Positions 31,499-40,527 of a stretch of DNA of 64,000 bases are shown one piece after another. The notes beneath the pieces were generated by a model. That model was not told where the DNA came from, did no database searches, and saw nothing but the letters and a program-made list of their open reading frames with translations. The DNA comes from Armatimonadota bacterium (GTDB lineage: Bacteria > Armatimonadota > SYMT01), in NCBI GenBank assembly GCA_041690135.1, contig JAWLHY010000003.1:512001-576000 (forward strand), given 5' to 3'. The translations under genes and the position numbers were made by a program. The stretch's first letter is position 1. Every line of letters begins with the position of its first letter.

Positions 31499-34400
31499 AT
31501 GGATCGGCGGCACCTTCTCAAAGTGATCGGCGCGGGAGGCGCCGCGGCGACGGCGGCCACGGTGGGCGGCTGCGGCGGCTCGGGCACGGGCGAGCGTCTC
31601 ATCCCCTACCTCATTCCGGTGGAAGACCTCCAGCCGGGGGTCTCCGTGGAGTACGCCACCGTCTGCCGGGAGTGCCCGGCGGGGTGCGGGATGATCGTCC
31701 AGGCCCGCGACGGGCGGGCACACAAGGTGGAGGGCAATCCCGAACACCCGCTGAACCGGGGAACCCTGTGCCTGCGCGGCCAAACGGCGCTGCAAGACCT
31801 CTATCACCCGGACCGCATCCGGCAGCCGCTGGCCCGCGACCGCTTCGGGAGGCTGGTTCCCGTATCCTGGACGGAGGCGGAGCGACTCTTCGACTCGGCG
31901 GTGGCGGGTGTGGGGGGTGGACGAGCGGTCTGGTTCGGGCGCCTCGATACTGGACCTTTCGACCGCCTGGTGGACGAGTGGCTAGGTGCGATGGCGCCCA
32001 ACTCCACCCGCGTGCGCTACGAGCCGTTCGCCTACGAGGCCCTCCGGGAGGCGCAGGCCCGCGTGTTCGGCTCCCCCGGCATTCCGGACCTCCGCATCGA
32101 GCGGGCGAACACCCTCTTCTGTTTTGGCGCGGACTTCCTGGAAACGTGGGTCAGCAACGTCCAGTACGCGCGCAGCTTTTCGGAGTGGCGGCAGGCGCGC
32201 CTGCGGGAAGAGCATTCGGGGCGGTACGTTTTCTTCGGCCCCCGGTTGTCGCTGACGGGGGCGAACGCGGACCAGTGGGTGCCGATCCGGCCGGGCACGG
32301 AAGCGCTGGTGGCTCGCGCGCTGACAGGGATGCTGGGCACGGGCACCGCGGAAACCTCGACCGGTGAGGTGGCGGCCCTGGCACAGGGGGCGGGCGTGAG
32401 CGCGGAGGTGCTGGAGCGCCTGGCGCGGGAGTTCGTCGCCCCCTCGCCGTCGCTAGCCATCCCCATCGGGATCGCCGACGCCGGAGAGGCGGCCACCGTC
32501 GCGAATGAAGCGGTCCTTCGCCTGAACCAGGCCGCGGGAAACGTAGGACGGACTTATATTCCGGATTGGCCGCATGCTTTGGGGACTACGGCCCGCCACC
32601 GGGAAGTGCGGGAACTGGTCGAAGCGATGCGCGCGGGCGAGGTCGGTCTGCTGTTCCTGCACGACGCCAATCCCGTCTACCATCTGCCGACGGCCCTGCG
32701 CGTGGCAGAGGCGATCGGCCGGGTGCCCACGGTGGTGAGCTTCTCCAGTTATCTGGATGAAACGACGAGCCTGGCCTCTCTGGTCTTGCCGGACCATCGC
32801 CCGCTGGAGTCGTGGGGGGCTTATGCGCCTCGGGAAGGCCTCCTCGGCCTCCTCCAACCCGCCGTGCTTCCGGTGTTTGACACTCGGCAGACGGGAGATG
32901 TGCTGCTGGCAGCGGCCACCCGCCGCGGTCGAGGCCTGGATGCGGCGGACTTCCACGCCTACCTGCGCGAGCGACTGGGACTGGAAGACGAGCAAGCGTG
33001 GAAAAGGGCGCTCCACCGCGGCGGAGTCTTCACGGCCGGCGGGAAAGCCCCCACGCTGGATGCGGGCCTGCGCTGGCAGGCGGTGGCCGGTACCTCGCCG
33101 GAGGCGACCGGAGTACGGGCGGATGAGCGGCCGGCCGGCACCACACCGCCGGTCGCGGGGAGGCCGGGTGGGGAGACCAGCGCCGGGCAGGCCCCGGCCG
33201 GGACGGGTGCCGAAAGCACTCCCCTGGCAGCGCCCTCCGAAGGACCGCTGCTCCTGCATCTCTTTCCCTCCCTGCACTTCTTCGACGGGCGGACCGCCAA
33301 CCGGCCATGGGCTCAGGAGATCCCCGAACCGATGGCCAAGGCCGTCTGGGGGAGTTGGGTCGAGCTGCACCCCGAGACGGCCGCACGGCTCGAGGTCTCG
33401 CAGGATGATCTAGTGCTCTTGACCACGGAAGCGGGACGGCTGGAAGTACCGGCCCTGGTGACGGATCGGGTCCGGCCCGATGTGGCCGCAGTCCAGATCG
33501 GACAGGGACACACTGCCTATACCCGGTACGCCACCGGCGTCGGAATCAATCCGATCCGGCTGCTCACGGGAGCGGTCGAGCGTCCATCCGGCGCGCTTAT
33601 CATGTCCGGCCTGCCGGTCACCGTCTCCCGGCTCTCCGTGCAGCGGCGGGTGGTCGTGCTGCAGACTTCGGAGCAACTGGTGGAGGAGAACGTCGCGCAC
33701 GGCCTCTCTCTTGCTGCCTTCCGGCACGAGAGCCCAGGGGCCGTGAACAAGACCGAGGGAGGCTTCGCCGGGCGGGAGGAGGAGCGCGCCAGCCTGTACC
33801 GGTACGTGCCCAACGGGGCTCATCACTGGGGCATGGCGATCGATCTGGACCGGTGCATCGGGTGCAATGCCTGTGTAGCGGCCTGCTATGCGGAGAACAA
33901 CGTGCCGGTCGTTGGGCGTGAGGAATGCGCGCGCGGCCGCCAGATGAGCTGGCTCCGCATCGAGAACTACGGCGGGAACCTTTCGGCGGCAGCAGGGGTG
34001 ACCGGCGCGGAGGGGGAGCGACCGGTCACCGGTGGGCCGTCGCTGGCCGGGGCGATTGCCGCGGCCACCCCGCGCGACCTCCGCATCCGGTTCCTACCGA
34101 TGCTCTGCCAGCAGTGCAACAACGCGCCGTGCGAGTACGTCTGCCCCGTCTACGCGACCATGCACAGCGACGAGGGGCTCAATCAGCAGGTCTACAACCG
34201 GTGCGTGGGCACGCGCTTCTGCTCCAACAACTGCCCCTACAAGGTCCGGCGGTTCAACTGGTTTACCTACCAGTTCCCGTTCCCGCTCGACCAACAGTTG
34301 AACCCGGACGTGATCCACCGCCCGAAAGGTGTGATGGAAAAGTGCACCTTCTGTATCCAGCGCATCCGCCGGGTGCGGATCGACGCGACCTCCGACGGTG

Positions 34401-34612
34401 GGGAAATCCGGGATGGCCGGATCATGACCGCCTGCCAGCAGACCTGTCCCACGGACGCGATTATTTTCGGCGACCTGCGGGACCCGAACAGCCGGGTGCG
34501 CCAACTGGCCGACGGGCCGCGCGGCCATGGAGCGCTGAGCCACCTGAACACGTACCCGAACATCACCTACCTCGCTCGCGTGTGGGCGGAAACGGACGAG
34601 GAGGGAAGGTAG
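31499..34612 (+). CDS. actB: Alternative complex III subunit B (molybdopterin-oxidoreductase-like domain fused to a 4Fe-4S domain)
   Basis: Tat signal MDRRHLLK...GGC; KVEGNPEHPLNRG; WGMAIDLDRCIGCNAC, CQQCNNAPCEYVCP, CVGTRFCSNNCPY, MEKCTFCIQRI. Confidence 0.9.
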   Translation: MDRRHLLKVIGAGGAAATAATVGGCGGSGTGERLIPYLIPVEDLQPGVSVEYATVCRECPAGCGMIVQARDGRAHKVEGNPEHPLNRGTLCLRGQTALQDLYHPDRIRQPLARDRFGRLVPVSWTEAERLFDSAVAGVGGGRAVWFGRLDTGPFDRLVDEWLGAMAPNSTRVRYEPFAYEALREAQARVFGSPGIPDLRIERANTLFCFGADFLETWVSNVQYARSFSEWRQARLREEHSGRYVFFGPRLSLTGANADQWVPIRPGTEALVARALTGMLGTGTAETSTGEVAALAQGAGVSAEVLERLAREFVAPSPSLAIPIGIADAGEAATVANEAVLRLNQAAGNVGRTYIPDWPHALGTTARHREVRELVEAMRAGEVGLLFLHDANPVYHLPTALRVAEAIGRVPTVVSFSSYLDETTSLASLVLPDHRPLESWGAYAPREGLLGLLQPAVLPVFDTRQTGDVLLAAATRRGRGLDAADFHAYLRERLGLEDEQAWKRALHRGGVFTAGGKAPTLDAGLRWQAVAGTSPEATGVRADERPAGTTPPVAGRPGGETSAGQAPAGTGAESTPLAAPSEGPLLLHLFPSLHFFDGRTANRPWAQEIPEPMAKAVWGSWVELHPETAARLEVSQDDLVLLTTEAGRLEVPALVTDRVRPDVAAVQIGQGHTAYTRYATGVGINPIRLLTGAVERPSGALIMSGLPVTVSRLSVQRRVVVLQTSEQLVEENVAHGLSLAAFRHESPGAVNKTEGGFAGREEERASLYRYVPNGAHHWGMAIDLDRCIGCNACVAACYAENNVPVVGREECARGRQMSWLRIENYGGNLSAAAGVTGAEGERPVTGGPSLAGAIAAATPRDLRIRFLPMLCQQCNNAPCEYVCPVYATMHSDEGLNQQVYNRCVGTRFCSNNCPYKVRRFNWFTYQFPFPLDQQLNPDVIHRPKGVMEKCTFCIQRIRRVRIDATSDGGEIRDGRIMTACQQTCPTDAIIFGDLRDPNSRVRQLADGPRGHGALSHLNTYPNITYLARVWAETDEEGR

Positions 34613-34616
34613 ACCC

Positions 34617-36059
34617 ATGCCCTCCCTTTCCCCGACGACCGCGGAAGAGGCGCAAGGCCCGGCCCCTTCAATCGCCATCGAGCGCGAACAAGCCGCCCCA
34701 GCGCCGGCCCACTCCACGGAGTACCGGGAAATCACCGAGGCTGTGCTCGCCCGGATGGGTGAGGGAGGCAAAGGGTACGTGCTGATCCTGGCGGGAACCG
34801 CCCTGCTCATGGTCCTCGGAGCGGTGGCCTGGGGGTTCCAGCTCTGGTACGGGGTCGGCGTGTCGGGTCTCCAGCACCCGATGATGTGGGCCACCTACAT
34901 CACCTCCTTCGTCTGGTGGATCGGCATCGCCCACGCCGGAACCCTGCTTTCCGCTGTCCTCTACCTCACCGGCGCCACCTTCCGACCGGCATTCTCACGG
35001 CTGGCGGAGGGGATTGCGCTGATGGCCGTGCTGGCGGCGGCCTCCTACCCCATCATCCACCTGGGGCGAGCCTGGCGCTTCTACTGGCTGCTGCCCTACC
35101 CCAACCAGCGCGACCTCTGGGTGACGTTCCGCTCTCCGCTGATCTTCGACGTCTTCGCGTTGCTGGCCGACTTCGCCATCTCGCTTCTCTTCTTCTGGGC
35201 GGGCCTGCTGCCCGACCTGGCGGTCCTGCGCGACCGCTCGGTGGGCTGGAAGCGCACCCTCTACGGCGTGCTGGCGCTGGGGTGGGAGGGCCGGGCGAGC
35301 CAGTGGAAGCATTTCCGCGCGGGCTACTCCGTGCTGGCCGGACTGGTGGCGGTGCTGGTCATTGCCGGCCATACGGTGGTGTCGTGGGACTTCTCGCTGG
35401 CGCTGGTTCCCGGCTGGCACTCCACGCTGTTCCCGCTCTACTTCCTCGCCGGCGCGATCTTCACCGGCCTGGCGATGAGCCTGCTGTTCATCGTGCCGCT
35501 CCGGGGTTGGCTGCGCCTCCACCGCTGCATCAGCGACGAGAACCTGGACCGCATCGCCCGCCTGCTGCTCGGGGCGTCGCTGTTCCTCACCTTCTTCCGC
35601 AGCCTGGAATTCTACCTGGTCTGGCTCCGGGGCAGTGAGCTCGCGCGCATCGACCTGCTGTACAAGAGCGCCGGCCCCTTCGCCCTCGTCTTCTGGACTA
35701 TGATCGTCTGCAACTCGCTCGTGCCGTTGGCGTTCCTCTGGCAGCGGGTCCGGCGCAGTGCGGTAGCGCTGGTCCTCGTGGCACTGACGGTGTGTGTCGG
35801 CATGTGGTTGGAGCGGCTCATCATCATCACCGCCAGCCTCGGCCGGGATTACCTACCCTACGCCTGGGCGCCCGGCGCCTACTCGATGACCCTGCTGGAG
35901 TGGGGGATCTTTGCGGGCACCGCTGGCTGGTTCTTTTTCTCCCTGCTGCTCTTCGTGCGGTACTTCCCCGTGCTGCCCATGCACGAGATCAAGCGGAACC
36001 GGTTGCGGCACGCCCGCGAGGAACAGGCCATGGCGAGGGGCGAGCCCCCGCCCGATTAG
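34617..36059 (+). CDS. actC: ACIII subunit C (NrfD/PsrC family)
   Basis: FVWWIGIAHAGTLLSA, HLGRAW, FRSPLIFDV, PGWHSTLFP and GMWLER motifs. Confidence 0.9.
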   Translation: MPSLSPTTAEEAQGPAPSIAIEREQAAPAPAHSTEYREITEAVLARMGEGGKGYVLILAGTALLMVLGAVAWGFQLWYGVGVSGLQHPMMWATYITSFVWWIGIAHAGTLLSAVLYLTGATFRPAFSRLAEGIALMAVLAAASYPIIHLGRAWRFYWLLPYPNQRDLWVTFRSPLIFDVFALLADFAISLLFFWAGLLPDLAVLRDRSVGWKRTLYGVLALGWEGRASQWKHFRAGYSVLAGLVAVLVIAGHTVVSWDFSLALVPGWHSTLFPLYFLAGAIFTGLAMSLLFIVPLRGWLRLHRCISDENLDRIARLLLGASLFLTFFRSLEFYLVWLRGSELARIDLLYKSAGPFALVFWTMIVCNSLVPLAFLWQRVRRSAVALVLVALTVCVGMWLERLIIITASLGRDYLPYAWAPGAYSMTLLEWGIFAGTAGWFFFSLLLFVRYFPVLPMHEIKRNRLRHAREEQAMARGEPPPD

Positions 36060-36540
36060 GGTAAGGATAACGATCAGGATAAGGAGGGGAAGGAGCGCGG
36101 GCGTCTCGCCCGCCAGGGAAGGGACCCGCGGAGGGTGGATGATGAGAAGGGTGGAGGGTGGGGCGGGCGTCTCGCCCGCCAGAAGTCGTGAGTGGGGGAG
36201 TGGTGGAGTGGGGCGGGCGACGCTACGATCAGGTCCCGTTTGGGGGAACAGATCCGTACCCGTCAGGGTGAATGGATCTGTAGGGGCATCGGCTCTGGTT
36301 GCCCTGTTCTGCATGAGATGAGTGCTCGCAAGAACGTAGCCGCCTCAGCAACTGAATCCGGCCAACTGCGGCCCCTGTGCCTTCCCCGCCTCGCTTGGCG
36401 CCGCGCAGTGGGGTGGTGAGGGGTGGAGTAGTGGGTGGGGCGGGCGTCTCGCTCGCCGGATTACGATCACGATTGAGATCACGATCACGATCACGAAGGG
36501 AACGGAGTGGGGCGGGCGTCTCGCCCGCCACGGTACCCGT
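36060..36540. repeat. Four REP-like GCGGGCGTCTCGCCCGCC palindromes (family B) plus hexamer tracts inside the act operon
   Basis: Copies at 36095, 36161, 36438 and 36510. Confidence 0.85.
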
Positions 36541-36557
36541 TGTGACAGGACAGAGGG

Positions 36558-37112
36558 ATGCAGGCCATGGGGCGCTTTGAAGGGGTAATCGGGTATTTCG
36601 AGACGGCCGATGACCTGCGAGCGGCGGCCGCCAAGGCGCGGGAGGCGCGGTTCGACCTGGATGCCTACCTCCCGGTGGGAGATATGACCGCGGTCGAGGC
36701 GGCAGCTCCGGGGGAAAGCCCGGTCCGCTGGCTGGCGCTGGCCGGCGGGTTGACGGGGCTGGCCGCGGCGCTCTGGATGACGATCTGGATGTCCTGGGAT
36801 TATCCGCTGGTGACCGGTGGAAAGCCGATCACGTCGCTTCCCCCATTTCTGGTGATCGCCTTCGAAGTGATGCTCCTGTTCGCGGGAGCCGGGGCCTTCA
36901 TCGGTTTGCTGCTGCTGGGCGGTCTGCCGCGACTGGTCCCCACTACCTCTTACCGCAATGCCTTCGCGGTGGATACGTTCGCCCTGCTCATCCGCTCCCT
37001 TCCCGGCGCCCGGGACCGGGAACGGGCGGAGGAGATCCTGCGGGAAGCGGGGGCCTACGAGATCCGGCCCATCCTGGACGAGAAGCGGGAGCGCCTGGAG
37101 GAGACGTTGTGA
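36558..37112 (+). CDS. actD: ACIII subunit D (DUF3341)
   Basis: DYPLVTGGKPITSLPPFLVIAFEVMLLF motif. Confidence 0.85.
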   Translation: MQAMGRFEGVIGYFETADDLRAAAAKAREARFDLDAYLPVGDMTAVEAAAPGESPVRWLALAGGLTGLAAALWMTIWMSWDYPLVTGGKPITSLPPFLVIAFEVMLLFAGAGAFIGLLLLGGLPRLVPTTSYRNAFAVDTFALLIRSLPGARDRERAEEILREAGAYEIRPILDEKRERLEETL

Positions 37113-38410
37113 CCGTGATCGAGATTCGCCGCGATTCCGGCCGGGGAGCGCTGGAGAAGATGCTGCGGGAGGCGGCGACAATAGCCGCGCCGCCGCAGCG
37201 CCTCCGCCTCTACGCGCTGGGGTGCCTGGGGATCGGCTTGCTGGCGACAGCCCTGGGTCTGTTGCTGGCGCCCGCTGTCACCTGGCCGGCGCTGCTGATC
37301 AACGTGCTCTTCTGGGTCGGCGTGGCGCAGGGCGGGGTGGCGTTCGCCGCCCTGGTCCGGCTGACGCACGCGCGCTGGAGTCGCGCGGCGCAGCGGATCG
37401 CGGCAAGCCTGGGGGTATTCCTGCCTATCGGGCTGGTGTTGGTGCCGGTCCTCGGCCTGGGCCGTGGCTATCTCTTTCCCGTGGCCCTGGCACCGGAGAC
37501 CCATCCCTGGCTGGGAGTGGGTGGGGCCATGGCTCGCGCTTTTTTGGCCGTGGCCGTGATGACGGGGGTGAGCCTGACCTTCCTCTACTTCTCGGTGCGC
37601 CCGGATCTCGGAGCTCTTCACGCCGCGGAGGGTACGGAGAGTGCGGAGGAAAGTCCTGGCCTTCTGCTCCGGAACTGGCACGGCCGGGAAGCCGAACGAG
37701 AGCGGGGCCGGCGAGCGCTGCACCTCCTCTCACCGCTGGTGCTGGGGGTCTTCTTCGTGGCCGGAGCCTCGCTGGCGATCGACCTGGGGCTGACGGCGGA
37801 GATTCGGTTTGCCGGCACGTTGTTTCCGGTGATGTATGTCGTCTCCTCCCTCTACGCGGCAGTGGGGATCACGGTCGCCCTGGCGGCGGCATGGCGACGC
37901 AGCGGGACGGCCGCGCGACAAATCTTGCGCCCGGAGGTGTTCGGGGACCTGGGGAACGTGCTCTGGGCGCTCGCGATCACCTTCGGCTATCTCTGGTGGT
38001 GCCGCTATCTCATCGTCTGGATGACGAACCTGCCCAACGAGGCCGCCCACCACCTGCTCCGCTGGCAAACGTGGCCCTGGAGCCTGGGGTCGTGGGCAGC
38101 TCTGATCCTGGGGGCGGCGCTGCCCTTGATCCTGCTGTTCAGCCGGGCCGTCAAACGGCAGTCCATGTCCCTGGCCGGGGTGGGCGTACTCGGAGCCCTG
38201 GGGGTCTTCCTCTTCCGCAGCGTGGAAACACTTGCCGGCCTGGGTATCATCCAGGGATTGCTCGCCGTACTGGTGCTGGCGGGGGTGAGCCTGGGTTTCC
38301 TGGGTGCGGCTGCCCTGGCCTACATGTGGCTGCTGGCCCGCATTCCGATTTTCCCGGTGGAAGACCCGGAGTTCGTGGAGGCGCTGGCAGTGAGGGACGT
38401 GCGTGTCTAA
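37109..38410 (+). CDS. actF: ACIII subunit F-like membrane protein
   Basis: About 10 TM helices; DLGNVL...YLWWCRYLIVWMTNLPNE resembles the ActF DLG...W.Y..F.Q...IW..N.P.E motif. Confidence 0.75.
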   Translation: MTVIEIRRDSGRGALEKMLREAATIAAPPQRLRLYALGCLGIGLLATALGLLLAPAVTWPALLINVLFWVGVAQGGVAFAALVRLTHARWSRAAQRIAASLGVFLPIGLVLVPVLGLGRGYLFPVALAPETHPWLGVGGAMARAFLAVAVMTGVSLTFLYFSVRPDLGALHAAEGTESAEESPGLLLRNWHGREAERERGRRALHLLSPLVLGVFFVAGASLAIDLGLTAEIRFAGTLFPVMYVVSSLYAAVGITVALAAAWRRSGTAARQILRPEVFGDLGNVLWALAITFGYLWWCRYLIVWMTNLPNEAAHHLLRWQTWPWSLGSWAALILGAALPLILLFSRAVKRQSMSLAGVGVLGALGVFLFRSVETLAGLGIIQGLLAVLVLAGVSLGFLGAAALAYMWLLARIPIFPVEDPEFVEALAVRDVRV

Positions 38411-38921
38411 CGGAAAGCGTCATATCAGCGTGGTCTTGCTCATTACGGGGATCGTGGTCGTCTCCCTGATCCTGATCGCGATCCAGTCGACGGAGGCCGA
38501 TCCCGCCCCGCACCAGCCGATCGACTTCTTTCACAGCGTGCACGCGCGGGACAACGGCATCGCTTGCGGGTTTTGCCATCGCACCGCGGAAACCGCCGCC
38601 TTCGCCGGAATGCCGAGCACCCAGACCTGTATCACCTGCCATCGCGTGGTGATCTCGAACGTACCGGAGATCTGGAAGCTTCGCAGCTACTGGGAACTAG
38701 GGGAGGCGATCCCCTGGAAGCGCACCCACGACCTCCCGGCCCATGTCTACTTCAGTCACGAGGCCCACACCGCCGGCGGCAAGATGGGATGCGAGCCGTG
38801 CCACGGGAAGGTAGAAGAGATGGATCGGGTGCGGCAGGTAAAGCCGCTTACGATGGGCTGGTGTATGGATTGCCACCGGCAGGAGAACGCGAGCACGGAG
38901 TGCTGGTCATGTCACCGCTAG
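38403..38921 (+). CDS. actA: ACIII subunit A, membrane-anchored pentaheme cytochrome c
   Basis: PHQPIDFFHSVH; five CxxCH motifs (CGFCH, CITCH, CEPCH, CMDCH, CWSCH); LTMGWC. Confidence 0.88.
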   Translation: MSNGKRHISVVLLITGIVVVSLILIAIQSTEADPAPHQPIDFFHSVHARDNGIACGFCHRTAETAAFAGMPSTQTCITCHRVVISNVPEIWKLRSYWELGEAIPWKRTHDLPAHVYFSHEAHTAGGKMGCEPCHGKVEEMDRVRQVKPLTMGWCMDCHRQENASTECWSCHR

Positions 38922-39814
38922 CCCAGGAGCAGAAACGGAACCTGCGCATCCTCGGGTGGAGCAGCGTGGCCGTCGTGGTTCTCCTGGTGGGGGCCGCGGC
39001 TGCGCTATACCTGGGCTACGAGATCCCACCTCGAGAGATGCAGGATTACTACGCCTCGGCGACCGGCTACGCGCCGCCCCCACAGGGAGTAGGAGCGGTC
39101 CCCGGCACGGTGCCCCGGGGCTCCCTCGACCTGCTGAGCTTGGCCCGCGCGCCGGCCGGACCGGGCGGTCCCCTTCCCGAGCGCGGAGCGGCTCCGGGCG
39201 AGAGACCGGCTGAAGCGCCGGGCGAGCGAGGCGGTCCATCCCGTTTTGCCGCGCATCCCCGGCCCTACGGCGAGCAGGTCTTGCGGGAGTACGTGGAGGC
39301 GCGCACTGCCGGGGAGCGACGCAGCCCCCAGGCGCCGGAAGGTTCCTCGCCGAATGGCGTCCGGGCGAACGCAACGCCGAGCCCGCCCGGGCAGGACCAT
39401 ACCCACGCCGAAGGGCAAGAGCACGCTCACCCCGAGAGCCCGGACGGCAGGTCTGGCGCTCACTCAACCCCGGTCCGGGTGCTCCCTGAACAGCGGAACC
39501 CACTGCCGCGCGATCCCTCGGTGCTCGCTCTGGGCAAACGCCAGTACACAATCAATTGCGGCATGTGCCACGGCACGCCTGGCGGTCCCCCCGGCCCTGT
39601 GGCCGAGCATTACCAGCCCCGGCCTCCCGACCTGGCGGAGCATCTCCCGCATCATTCGGACGCTCAGCTCTACTCGCTGATCACCCACGGCATCCGTTCG
39701 GCGCCGACCCCGGAAGCGGCCCGCTACCTCTCCGAAGAGTGGCATGCCTTCCGGGCCACCACCAGTCCCCGCGAACGCTGGGCTATCGTGGCGTACCTGC
39801 GGTCCCTGCGCTGA
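38909..39814 (+). CDS. ActE-like monoheme cytochrome c with a TM anchor and long His-containing linker
   Basis: GTVPRG; NPLP...GKRQYTINCGMCHG; ERWAIVAYLRSL. Confidence 0.75.
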   Translation: MSPLAQEQKRNLRILGWSSVAVVVLLVGAAAALYLGYEIPPREMQDYYASATGYAPPPQGVGAVPGTVPRGSLDLLSLARAPAGPGGPLPERGAAPGERPAEAPGERGGPSRFAAHPRPYGEQVLREYVEARTAGERRSPQAPEGSSPNGVRANATPSPPGQDHTHAEGQEHAHPESPDGRSGAHSTPVRVLPEQRNPLPRDPSVLALGKRQYTINCGMCHGTPGGPPGPVAEHYQPRPPDLAEHLPHHSDAQLYSLITHGIRSAPTPEAARYLSEEWHAFRATTSPRERWAIVAYLRSLR

Positions 39815-40097
39815 AGGCCGAGGGGCGACCGAATCTCGCGCAGAGCCGCAAAGGGAAAGAGAGAAAGCCGGGCGCCGCGAATCCGGATGAGTTTCTTGGC
39901 AGTTCCTCTACGTGCCAAACGCACATGAGGCTCCTCCGCAACCGCTGGTCCGTATGAATGACACCGACTTCTCTCGGTTCGGTCCTCAACAGATCAGTCT
40001 TGTGGTGAACTCCGCCTGTTTGCTCCCCAACCTTCCGTGACCCTCCGTTCGATCCATGTTCTCCGTGTCGAGGATCGGCAGAGGGCGAAGAGGGCGA

Positions 40098-40319
40098 TCA
40101 CTCGGGGGAGCGCCGGCGGGGAGAGGCGGGTTCGATCTGGACGAGATTACCGGGACCGGAGGAATCGGGGGCGGAACCCTGGGAAGGGCAGGAGTTCGTG
40201 GTTCCGCAGCCACCGCACCCGCCGCAGCCCTCTTTCTTGCCCGATCCCGTGAAGGACCGGACCACGTAGACCGCAGCCGCCGCGCCGATGAGGTAGAAAA
40301 GGACTTGATCCCAGGGCAT
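40098..40319 (-). CDS. FeoB-associated Cys-rich membrane protein
   Basis: One TM helix followed by GCGGCGGCG...SC; lies directly downstream of feoB. Confidence 0.8.
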   Translation of the reverse strand: MPWDQVLFYLIGAAAAVYVVRSFTGSGKKEGCGGCGGCGTTNSCPSQGSAPDSSGPGNLVQIEPASPRRRSPE

Positions 40320-40320
40320 A

Positions 40321-40527
40321 TCGGATTAGGATTAGGATGAAGATTAGGATTAGGAAAGGGATCGCTCGGATCCGTAAACGGTTCGTGGCACCGAAGTGGA
40401 TTCCTGCACTCGATCTATCTTAGCCTCCACACCCCGGAACTCTCTCCCGGCAAGAGGTTAATCCGTCCGCGTTCTGTCGCCCACCCGGCCCCTCTTAATC
40501 CTAATCTTCATCCTTATCCTAATCCGA
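40321..40527. repeat. 32-bp inverted repeat (1 mismatch) flanking the spacer between feoB and the small gene
   Basis: TCGGATTAGGATTAGGATGAAGATTAGGATTA (40321-40352) versus the reverse complement of 40496-40527. Confidence 0.85.
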
